This document shows, piece after piece, positions 50,301 to 59,650 of a stretch of DNA of 64,000 nucleotides. The first letter of the stretch is position 1; each line of letters starts with the position of its first letter. This stretch comes from Haplodiscus bocki (taxonomy: Eukaryota): assembly GCA_965655095.1 (NCBI GenBank), contig OZ296657.1, forward strand, positions 27,404,001 to 27,468,000. Reading direction: 5' to 3'. Made by a program: the position numbers and the translations under genes. The notes under the pieces are model-generated. The model did no database searches. It worked only from the letters and a program-made list of their open reading frames with translations, and was not told the origin of the DNA.

Positions 50301-53300
50301 GAATACGAAGACGAAGAAGAAAACGAATACTAAGAAAAAAATACTCTAAGTTACGCCTGGGAATTTAAAGACCTTCTCAAAATAAACAAAGCACTTAAAT
50401 TTTTCCTCCAACTCATCTGGTTACCTTTGTTCTACAACAGGGGCTCGCAAGGACAACTGCATTAACCTCGTATTCCTGGAGTCCTCGGGAAGCGTCCGTA
50501 TGATGTTACGACGTCATAGTCGCGTTAGTTTTTCTCAGCCACTTAAAATAGTAGTTATAAGTTCTTTCAATTAAATTAATTCGAGTTAGCAGGTCAAGAA
50601 CGGCCAGAGTCAGTGCTGCCTCTAAGTCTCAAAGTCTGTGTTAAAGCGAGCTCTAGATGTTTTGAATAATTTTTTCCTCAAGTTTCTTTCACCATTAGGC
50701 GGATGAACGAGAATGGGCCCGAGCTTGATTATCTTCTTTTTCTACAACGAATAACCATTAGTTTATTCATTTTGACGGTTACTTACCGCAGCCAAAAAAC
50801 ATCCTCATGAGATTGCGGGTAATCGATTGGCGGATAATTGAGGAGAACAGGGGATTTTTCTGAAATTTGTGCTTTCGGGAAAAAATGTAGAAAACACAGT
50901 AAGGTAGTAAAGTATCAAAAAATTTTAACGTGTTCACCTTCCAAAAATGACCCGCTGTTTCCAAATAGGGGTTATCGCGAACATTTGCAACAGGTTGGCA
51001 TCATCGAAACCACGGAAAATCTTGCACAGCCTGACTTCCTGCCAAATTCCGAGTTGAGCTCTGGGAGGAAAGGGAAGGTAAATTTGTGGATTGATGAAAT
51101 GAAACAACTCTTGGGCTCAACCTACTATCTCTTAAAATCTAACCTTCTAGCGTGAAATTCTGGGCTATCTGACGCTGAGGGTTGGTGATTTCTAGTCAGT
51201 AGTTAAAAAGAAAATACTGAGAGACATTTCTCCGAATTCACCCATAAAATCTGAATAGGAGGCACTGTCACAGTGCGATATATTCAGTCAAAACAGCACA
51301 GAAATGATTAGTTGAACGAACAACTAATGATTTTTAAAAGAAACCCATTCATTCAATTATTCATGGGCAAAACATGTCGATTAAGACTTTGATGGGAGAA
51401 TTCAAGCCGGTAGTTTTAGATAACTTTGAGTTTGAAAATCGAAAAAAACACACTATTACTGTGATTCGTTGGCATTTTTGGCCCATCAAAAGTCCAAGCC
51501 AAAAAAATCAAAGGTTTTTCAATCTATGAGTCATCTAAAAATATAAAACCGTCAATTCAAACCTTGATGGAATAAATCAAATCTGTACTTTTCAAGAAGG
51601 GTGATTTGGAATACTGAGATGTGTCTATACACATAGCACTTTTGCTCAATTGGCGCAATCAGGATTCCGACTCTAATGTAGGAAACTAATTTTAAAACTT
51701 TCAAGAACAAAAAGTTCTCAAATGAACAGTTATCGATTTGCGCTTTGGTGGAAAAACGAAACAGCTCTATTTGAAGAGTTAAAAGTTTAAAACTCAAGAC
51801 TAAAAGCACTTGCTGACATTTCAGGTCCGTCAAGTTTTCACTGCACCGAAAAAAATTGACGAACATCAAACGAAATTTTCAACAGAAGGAAAAATTTTCA
51901 GATTGATATTCTTAAGGAAGAGATCAAGTTGGTAGATATAGAAAAACACGAGTTTGGCAACCGAGGAGAGTGCTTTTTGAAATTGTTATCAGTTTTTTCT
52001 TTCATACGCAAGGTGATGGAATAGTTTTTTTAAAAAACTCCTCTCAGAAACAAGGACTTTCCGATTGCAGCCTTGATTGAAAAAATCAAGCTTGTAGTTA
52101 AGGAGAAAATGAGTTTGTATGCCAACTATATCAATAACACAAGCTTTTTTGGAGTTTTTGGTCTGCCAGGCTTCTTATTGAAGAAGCAACTTTGACAACT
52201 TTTTCATCAAAAGGTTCACAACAAGTAGAAGTCTTTCGATTGAGACCTCGATGGCGGAATTAAAGAATTAAAGTCTGTTGCCAAAGAGAAACAGCAGAGA
52301 TAAATCATTTTAAATAGCAGTTTTTTTGCATTTTTGGAGTGTATTTTGAAATATGGTTGCTTTTTTGGCCCTGGAGAACTATCTCGATAAAACCAGTGAT
52401 ACCAAAAGATTCAAAAAAGTGCAATTTTTTTCATTTAAACGAAACTTTTAATGTGGAGTAATTTTTTTCGGTTTGTTGGGAAAATTGAAAACATTTCCCA
52501 ATATTAAGAAAAAACATTTAAAAACAACAATTTGTTTCAGTTACCATGGAGACTTTTTTCCAACAAAAGACCCCCATTCATCAAAAAACTTCGAATTTTG
52601 TCAAACAACCTTGCCTTTCGCCATGAAAAACAAAAAGTATCAACTAGTGTCCGAAAAATTGTGAAAAATTTTGGTCGATAGGGAGATTCGAATCCATCAC
52701 CTCTGGGTTTCCAATCGCGGTGACACCGCACACATATGTGTTGTTCAAGACACCAACTATTGTCCTCTACAACTCACGAAATCTGCGCTTCATGCGCAAA
52801 ATCAGGAAAATGAAACAAAAAACTTCGACAATCGAATTGATTACTTTCCTTTCGATAAACTTTTTTCGATATAAAAATAATAACGTATTAGCATGACAGT
52901 CAGTGTGAGTTTTTTTCTGATATCGTTCGTTTGTGGGGTTTCTTTTCTTTCCGTAAGTAATGAGGTGTTGGTTTGCGGATAATGGGACTTGGGTCTTCAG
53001 TTAACCAGTTTTTGATTTCTGGGTTGATCACTCAATGCCCAGCAAGTTGAAAAAATATCCAATATGGGATTTTGAAACATTCAAATGTCTTTCAATTTGC
53101 TTTTGTTGAAACTTCGTTTACGGTAAAAGTGGAGCGAGCCCAATTGATATATGTGGTCTAAAGAAACCAAGAACTTTAGAAGTAGTCATCCCTACACTGT
53201 AAAGACGGCACAAGTGATATGCATGTGGCAGCCGCAGGTGAAATGTTTTCGTAGGTGAAATTGTCTGCGGGGGCAGTTTTTTTTCGCAGGCTTTGTTTAC

Positions 53301-56300
53301 ATGCCGTTTCAGCACTCCTGCGGAATTTTACTTCCAACCCAGTAGACAACTTGTCCATGCATCTATTTTACATTACTATAACGTAGGCAAGCGCATCAAG
53401 GGGCTGTAACTATATCTTTTTGGGGTTCAATCCTGATACCTGGTAGTCTTTTTGTAGTTCCAAAGTAACATTCCTTGTTAGCCTTTGGTAGTTCCTGCAA
53501 AAATACATTTTCCTATAACACACGACTGTTTTTATACCCAAGCCTAACATGGAAATGTCAATTTGTAGAATTAAACTTCAGAGTTTATCCGTCTTAGTCT
53601 CATCCTCTCTCAGTTTCCAACAGAAAGAAGTTTTCAATCTTTTACTTCTTAAAGGGCAAGGTAAAAGTAAACATCTTGACTGTTTCCAAAAACCGGTTTG
53701 CTAATCGCGGACTAGCCACAACTTTCGAGAAAATGGAAAGAACCCCTACCCCAGAAATAAAAAAAAACAAAACTGCCTGCGGTTCCACTGTTTTTTCTGC
53801 TAAAAATACACACGACAGGCAGGTAAATTTGCCTGCGCCTCTCAGACAAAATTACCTGCACCACAGGCAAAATTCATGTAACCCACAAGTAAACTACAAA
53901 CTTCGGAGGTCCTAGATGGAAACCTGAACGTAAATATGCTTGTGGTATCCAGTAAAAAACCTGCAAGCGCAAACACCGCTGGCAAACCGCATTTTGGGCT
54001 AAAATATATGCGGGTCGCAGTTATATTTGTCTCCTTTCCAAGTAAATCTAACTGCGCCGTTTTTACTTTGCACTCAAGTCAAGCGGCGACTGAAAATGCA
54101 CCTGATAGCAATGACAATTAAATTCTATCCACATCCTTACGGCAGAAAATAAAGATGAATATTTCAAGCAGTTAAAGTTTGAAAAGTTTGAAAAATGAAA
54201 GACAAATCCTGTCTCGAGTGAATGGTTCTGTAGGTAACTTCAGTTCAGGTGCGGTTAAAATTTTGCAGGTACTGAATGCCCGCAGAACCGAAGTCTAACG
54301 GGAATTTTTCTGCACATTCTCATGCACCTGGTCAGGATCTGAATTCCCGGAGTGAGTGAACATGTTGACCGCAGTACCCACTTCAGGATGAGGACCATTC
54401 TGGGAACGGTCTTCGATGAAAAGCTGATTTTCCGTGTCGTACTTCCGGAAGTCTCCACAACGGTTCCTGATTCCACCCGAAATTGTGAGTTCAGAAGAAA
54501 ATCGTACATTCTCGGCAGAGCAACTAGAATCCGAGTCTCTGTCCTGCTAAACTCCTGCGACACATTTTAGTCACTATCATTTCTATTGCTTCTGAGATTG
54601 GTGTAATGTAAACCTCATTCACTCCAGGCATGTTGGCATCCCGTGACTCGTTGATATAAGGGTGTCCCTCGTGATTGACTCTATTGACGGCTGCTAGTTT
54701 TCTTTTGTTTCTCAACGTTGACATTTTCGCAGGGAACAAATAATCAAACAGCGTTTAAAACTAAATTAATCATTTTGTTTTCAAGTTGAACTTGGGGCTA
54801 AATGCAGTCAGTATCACGTTATTTGATATTAAAGTCGTTATTAATGTCAGTACAAAGTTTGTACCCTTTGGTACTTCCGTTTTGCCTATTTATATTTTCT
54901 CCTTGGCGAGAAACGCAATTGCTCACATGCTAAATCAAAGTACAAATAGGGAAAGTACTTTCAACATCAAAACATCAGAGTTTAAATGCCGATTCAGGCG
55001 GGCAATGAACAGCTTTCCATCGAACTTATTTCCTCATAGGCCGGGTCTTTCATCTTTTTGACAAAAAATAGATTGAACTAATCCGTCGCAAATGGCCATC
55101 GAAGTGCTTTTTCCCGCGCCGACAATATGTTCACTAAAAAGCAATTTTACAAAAAAACCCATTTATGGACAAAAAAAACATTTTCAAGTCCAGCATGAAT
55201 ATAATGAAAATGAAATACCTAAGGAAATAACGGTGAGCATGTCATGCACAATACAAATTTATTGACTGATTTGTGTCAGTACTCGGAAGAAGAAGCGAGA
55301 CTAGGAGGACTCCTGGTGTACTTCTTGATTAAACTAGTTTTTACTAGGGAGTTCCGAAAAAATGCCGTGTTTCAACTAGTTGCGGCGAATTGATATTAGG
55401 AAACGCGATGGGAAGGAAGGAACACGGCTTCAATCCGTATTGAAGTTTTTGCAGCACAGCAAAGCAGAAGGGACTAATAATAGTATAGTTGTAGTAATTG
55501 TGACGTCACAAGATACTTAGCGACGGAACAAACACTCACTTCTAGAGTGTTTCACGCTTTAATACAGTGGTATTGCACTTAAACCGGCTCTTTTACAGCA
55601 CTGCTTGAGTCGACAAACTTTGCAAATCAAATATTCTATTTCTTTTAAGTTATTGTTTAAAAACATAAAGTAGAGAAACAAAAAAAAAAGAAGAAGCAGC
55701 TTTTAAGGTAAAATACCCCGTCAATATGTGCTTGTTCCGTAACGGTTCTTTCCTAGTCTGGAGCGATTTAATCTGATGATCTGTAAAGTTTGATCATTTA
55801 CATTAGATTTGAAGTGAACGTAAAAATAAAGTCCAATAACTGTTAAGCCTGCAGATTAGTGATTATCTTGAGGATCAGAGAATGCGTTTTCGTGTAGAAT
55901 TCTCTGACCGCAGGCTCCGCAAATCTGTTGCGAAACCCTTTTGAGAACGGATTTTCCCATAATCAGTCTTCCTTTTGTTTCGACGAGGCAAGGCTTGAGG
56001 AGGAAGAATTTCCCCGGGTTTCATCTGAAAAGACCGTGCGGACGTCTGACGGCATATACCACTTGTCTAAGAAGCTCGTTGTCCCAGACGCGGCCAAAAA
56101 CTCCAAGATATCTGAGGCCACCTCTGATAGGGGTGATTATGGTGGGCTGGTAGATGCATTTCAGTCTCCGTTTATTGCGTTAGCTATACAGGAGTCATAA
56201 CGTTGAAAAAATGTATGGGCATATCCAACTCATTCCATCTTGTTGGACTTTTTAGCTTTTGTCTCCCGTTGGCCCATGGTATTGTCGGATTGGTCGTTCA

Positions 56301-59052
56301 TGATATAATGACAATGATTCGCGGCTTAGAGGATACTACAGATGATAATCTTACTTTTTCGTTGTTTATGTTTTCAGATAATTCCGTAGAATATAAAAAT
56401 TTTGGGTTATGCTGTCTTGGTAAGCTCTGCTCCTTTGAAGATTACTCCACATACAGAACATCATAGTTAAGGAATGCCAAGTTGGAGCAAAATTTTGGAA
56501 TCATATTTGAAAATTTCGATTCACTGATTGGAGCTACTGAATTCAACGATAGAATTTTATCAAAAGATGGAATAAATACGGAAACTGTCAGCAGCTTTCC
56601 TTCATGCAGAAGTTTTTTGTAGTTTCCGAGGTGATTGGTAAAATTGAGGAAATCAAGTGATAGTTGGTAGGATCTAAGCATGATAGGATGTAAGCCAATC
56701 AAGGAATTGAAAGTTTTGAAATGAGGAAATTTTTGGCATCGTTCCTCAACGTGTCTTTTAATCATGCCTACGTTTCTGCTGACAGACCAGTTCATCAAAA
56801 TTAAAATAAATGAGACATATTTGATTCATTTGTGTAAATCGGCAATTCCATGGCCACCTCCAGCTTTAATCTTCAATAAGATTGTGCTTGAGGGTATTAA
56901 CTTGTCGCAAGCTGAGACTGAGTCAGTTGTTCTTGTCCCCGGAGTTGATACGTCACATTCCCAATGTCTTCCAGATGTCCTCGAGGAGAAAATTGTTCCT
57001 TAGAGAGGCGAGGAGGGTCCGGAACGAGTCTCAGAGCAGAAGGTAGAGTTGCGCCGTATGGAAGATTAAGAAATTGCCATAAGTATTTCCAAGATTCTGC
57101 CTTCTTTTTTCGACAAAAAAGGAAATAGTGTTTTGCCATTTTAGAGTGAAAGCACCTTGTTCAAACAAAATATCGCGAAGGTTTTTTTTTAAATGTCATA
57201 ACTGGTTTACTAAATGTGAAAATTGGAATTGAACTCAAATCTCTGAAAATAATTGTATCTGAAAACTCAAATCGTCCGGAATTTCGCCTGTTGTTATGGG
57301 GGCCGCAAGTTAACCACCTGTGGGGCCAAAAACACACACTTCAAAAGTAAAATTGCTTGTTTCTAATGTAAATTTAACTGCGCTGTTTTTGCAGTGCTTG
57401 TTTTCATAGTCCAGCATTTCATTCTTTGACTTTAGTTTCATTTGAGATTGACTTACCCAATGACGTAAGCATTTTCTTCTTTAGTCTGATTGTACACGTC
57501 ATGGCCAGGCAAGTCTCCAGTTACAAGGATCCAATCAAACTTCTCTGGAGCCAATTTGGACAGAAGTAACTCAAAGGTCATCAGAGGAGTATCACAATCT
57601 AGAAAAGTTATCTAATTCTGATAAGGAGAAGTAGGGGTTTTTTGGCGAAACAAAATCCAAAAATCACTATTATATTGACAGCCATTCTTCAAATGCTAGG
57701 AACCCGTTCAATTACTTCAAGGTTCATCTTCTACAACATTTGCGGAAGCAAGCTACATGAAAGGAACGAATATAAAATGGCAGCATATTTTCGAGGCAAC
57801 AATGTTGTTGAAGATGCCTTATAAAAGCATGGAAGCGTGTTTTCTCAAAAAGCACTTCTTCTTCATCAAATTTTGTACCAACTTGAAATTTTGCAGGAAA
57901 ACTCACAATTAGAGTTGAGAAGACATTTTCCTAGAATTAGTATCATTTGACACGCCTTCTACAGTAAATTTGTCACCTTTGCCGATTTTGAAAATAATCA
58001 GCTTTTTTTTCAAAAAAAACGAAATTTTCGTACTTATTTGAGAAATCCTACTATTTCAGTCGCAGTTTACGGCAAATTTGCTATAAATTGATGATAAAAA
58101 ATATTCAAATTCAGTATCGTCTTCCTGTCATTTTGCCCGGACAATTTGCAAGTAAACGTTAAAAAAACGCTTCGCGTTGAGTGCATGATTTTCCTTCCAT
58201 ATTATAAATATGGGCAGAAAATAATAATAAATACTAACAAGCGAGACTTCCGTATTTCCCAGCTTCCCATTCTTCCGAGATGGGTTCTCCGTCTATGCCT
58301 CTGCAGCACAGCGGGTCATGACAGTGGGCATTGGACCCCTCTTCGTACAAGATATCCATGTGGATGTCACTCAGATGCAGCACTCGCGCAAACTCAGTCC
58401 CCTACATCAATTGTTCTTTTAAAAAAATTGCTGAAAACTTCAAACATTTTAAAGTTTCACTCAAAGTTCTGAAATCTTCTGAACAGGCAAGAGCATCTCA
58501 TTCGAAGTGAAACTGACCATGGATTAAGTGAAAATTTACAGACACAATAAGTTTCTGCCAAGAATAGATTGCCTCTATATTTTATACATATTAAACATCG
58601 AGAGATAACGGAAAGTATTGAAAACTGGGAGATTTGTCGGGTAATCAAAATGATGTAAGAAATTATCTAAATGGGTTAACGGACAGTTAAAGCAAAAAAT
58701 GAACTGACGCTTGGAGGACTAGTTGGGGCAACATAAGCTGGCTTTGGAACATCAGGGAAATTCAGAGTCCAGTTCGCTTTTGGGTCAACGGGATTGGCAC
58801 AGGTAGGACCGAATACTGAATAACATGCCTGGTCCGGTTCCAAATAGTCGTTCTTGGCCAGGAAAAACACTGAAACAATAAATGATGACGCTCTTTTTCC
58901 TCCTTCCACACATTATTTTTTTTCAATTTTTTCATTTAATTTTTTATGCATTATTTTTGGAAATATTATTGAACATTTCTTCAAGCATGTGAAAAAACCT
59001 TAGGAAACGTTTTTGCTATCTAGTGGAAATCCGATTGGAAAAAACATTGGCA

Positions 59053-59124
<72 letters not shown>

Positions 59125-59650
59125 AAATATGTATTTTTGATGTTTTTTGTCATTTCTGCTTAATTGTTTCTAAGTGAATGCACCATTTTTATATTTTTTA
59201 AAAAATGAAATGAATTCATTGCGCATTAGCTCTTCTAGAAAAATTGGGAAGCTCACCCTGGGGCCCCCACTCTTTCACACCCGCTTCGCAAACTCTGGAA
59301 CTGAAAATTGGATGGAGGGTGCAAAACAAAACTGCCAAGGAATCGAAGCCTTCTTCAAACTTTGGATTGCCGACATCTTTATCTATGACAGTCAGGATTT
59401 CCAGACATGTGTCACAATCAAACGCTGCTGCTTTGAGGAAGATAGGTTTGATCTCTCGGATCAATTCCTGGTCGAAGTCCAAAATTTTATTCAATTCTTG
59501 GTCCAAATCAAAATCTTGGCGGCTAAAGGCCAGCTTAGGTTCACTGTTTCGGTCCTCTGTGTAAGTGTTGTGCCCATCTTCAGGAAGAACGAATCCTTCG
59601 GCCAAAGAAACGATAACCCAAAGAAATGATATACTTGGAAACCAATGCAT
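37944..59650 (-). CDS. SMPD1: Acid sphingomyelinase (sphingomyelin phosphodiesterase, SMPD1-like), 9 exons, 641 aa
   Basis: join(59650-59257, 58869-58709, 58401-58239, 57598-57457, 50109-49962, 45955-45766, 43813-43723, 42727-42468, 38320-37944) = 1926 nt. All introns are GT-AG and phases 1,0,1,2,0,1,2,1 are consistent. The protein has a signal peptide, a 6-Cys saposin-B domain, a Pro-rich linker and metallophosphoesterase motifs SDIH, TGDLPGHD, GNH, SH and GHTH. The symbol is a family-level call; orthology was not tested. Confidence 0.93.
38777..39111. repeat. Perfect 32-bp direct repeat flanking a 271-bp insert
   Basis: ATTGAAGTCTTTGAAAGTTACTCCCCATATTG at 38777-38808 and 39080-39111. Confidence 0.9.
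39290..41340 (+). repeat. Degenerate ~175-bp tandem repeat array (~12 units) in intron 8
   Basis: Core GAGACCTTGATG..AGAAATCAAG...AGTT...GAGTTTGAAAAT recurs at 39328, 39506, 39676, 39846, 40019, 40195, 40372, 40546, 40734, 40920, 41098 and (41309). Confidence 0.8.
41412..41987 (-). mobile_element. Internally deleted Tc1/mariner element
   Basis: TIR TAGTGGTGAGCGAAAA(A/G)AATGTCGC at both ends, with flanking TA. ORF 41530-41748 'LKNSVEQKNPKTKQELIEAIQ...ENLMNSVGKRLKSCKRLQG' is a Tc1 transposase C-terminus. Confidence 0.88.
42167..42345 (-). mobile_element. tRNA-derived (SINE-like) dispersed repeat, copy 1
   Basis: Aligns with 52672-52865 (GTCGATAG..CCTCTGG.TTTCC..CGCGGTGA...TTTCCTTTCG). Confidence 0.5.
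42468..42727 (-). CDS. SMPD1: SMPD1-like exon 8
   Basis: TTTTCAG acceptor, GTGAGT donor; FDDIIRRY...FNGHTHKDE...APSVTTYQDINLGYRIY...YFLNLTD. Confidence 0.95.
43723..43813 (-). CDS. SMPD1: SMPD1-like exon 7
   Basis: TTTACAG acceptor, GTTAGT donor; DELQDAESRNLKVWLLSHHP. Confidence 0.9.
44640..45485 (+). mobile_element. Two copies of a hairpin-terminated dispersed repeat (Helitron/Helentron-like end)
   Basis: Ends at 44952-44992 and 45443-45485 match GATTTT..TTCC..ATT..AAATAT..GGC(A/G)GAAAAT, as at 58187-58226. Confidence 0.4.
45766..45955 (-). CDS. SMPD1: SMPD1-like exon 6
   Basis: TTTCAG acceptor, GTAAGT donor; MLAEKWLRWLP...PGLKIISIN...NNTDVHGMLQWM. Confidence 0.95.
46469..47820 (-). mobile_element. 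LTR-like insertion in intron 5
   Basis: TG...CA ends, a motif-dense promoter-like segment and an AAGTT-repeat low-complexity middle. It interrupts a CAGCGCTG-rich repeat. No TSD found, so boundaries are uncertain. Confidence 0.4.
47591..47690. promoter_or_regulatory. Cluster of CRE, CLEAR/E-box, CCAAT and TATA motifs
   Basis: ATTGG at 47591, TGACGTCA at 47605 and 47673, GTCACGTGAC at 47613 and 47626, and TATAAATA on the minus strand at 47657-47650. Confidence 0.6.
48606..48794. mobile_element. Shorter, older copy of the 17933-19516 MITE family
   Basis: Shares TCTTTTCCGTT..CCCCAGCGGA, ATCTCAAGTACC..AAGAAGCTGACTGC and AATAATAATTTTGTCAGTAGGGCT..AACGGAAAA. Confidence 0.8.
49962..50109 (-). CDS. 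SMPD1: SMPD1-like exon 5 (absent from the ORF track)
   Basis: TTTCAG acceptor, GTTAGT donor; LINDLLWKYFPHTPVLQALGNHGSAPVDQY...MAWLYD. Confidence 0.95.
51380..52300 (+). repeat. Degenerate ~175-bp tandem repeat array (~6 units) in intron 4
   Basis: Cores at ~51383, 51559, 51742, 51905, 52070 and 52242, for example AAGACTTTGATGGGAGAATTCAAGCCGGTAGTTTTAGATAACTTTGAGTTTGAAAATCG. Confidence 0.75.
52672..52865 (-). mobile_element. tRNA-derived (SINE-like) dispersed repeat, copy 2
   Basis: Minus strand reads ...GAGGTGATGGATTCGAATCTCCCTATCGACCA (B-box-like, CCA end). No intact cloverleaf. Confidence 0.5.
53770..54100. repeat. Dispersed ACCTGC/GCAGGT-rich repeat
   Basis: Repeated ACCTGC(A/G). GTAAAT(C/T)TAACTGCGC(C/T)GTTTTT is shared with 57290-57400, and related inverted sequence lies near 53220-53340. 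Confidence 0.45.
54255..54724 (-). pseudogene. Frameshifted helical ORF, probably retroelement-derived
   Basis: Two overlapping ORFs join into MSTLRNKRKLAAV...YITPISEAIEMIVTK/MSQEFSRTETRILVAL..YDFLLN. Protein-like composition; lies in an intron. Confidence 0.4.
55720..57050 (-). mobile_element. Bel/Pao gag-protease remnant in intron 4
   Basis: Gag-like helical ORF 56442-56798, followed by 'LEFLAASGTTSFL' (cf. aspartyl protease ALLDSGSxxSFI). Confidence 0.45.
57457..57598 (-). CDS. SMPD1: SMPD1-like exon 4 (absent from the ORF track)
   Basis: TTTCTAG acceptor, GTAAGT donor; (Y)CDTPLMTFE...FDWILVTGDLPGHDVYNQT. Confidence 0.95.
57830..58226 (+). mobile_element. Hairpin-terminated dispersed repeat filling most of intron 3
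   Basis: Terminal hairpin ATTTTC..CCATATT-ATA-AATATGG..GAAAAT, similar to the 44.6-45.5 kb copies. Confidence 0.45.
58239..58401 (-). CDS. SMPD1: SMPD1-like exon 3 (absent from the ORF track)
   Basis: TGTAG acceptor, GTTAGT donor; RVLHLSDIHMDILYEEGSNAHCHDPLCCR...AGKYGS. Confidence 0.95.
58709..58869 (-). CDS. SMPD1: SMPD1-like exon 2
   Basis: TTTCAG acceptor, GTCAGT donor; LEPDQACYSVFGPTC...NWTLNFPDVPKP (end of saposin domain and Pro-rich linker). Confidence 0.93.
59054..59123. repeat. (TG)35 microsatellite in intron 1
   Basis: Perfect dinucleotide run. Confidence 0.97.
59257..59650 (-). CDS. SMPD1: SMPD1-like exon 1 (signal peptide, pro-region, start of saposin-B domain)
   Basis: ATG at 59650; MHWFPSISFLWVIVSLAEG signal; CDTC...FCTL...VCEAG; GTGAG donor. 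Confidence 0.92.

Noticed and set aside
50239-50794. LTR-like segment with TGG...CCA ends
   Set aside because: No TSD and no second copy in the window.
52672-52745. Functional tRNA gene
   Set aside because: The B-box is imperfect, there is no convincing A-box or acceptor stem, and the second copy is more degenerate.
55240-55615. LTR-like segment with TGTC...GACA ends and a CRE motif
   Set aside because: No TSD and no partner LTR visible.
59174-59629. 151-aa and 106-aa plus-strand ORFs
   Set aside because: Antisense shadows of sphingomyelinase exon 1.
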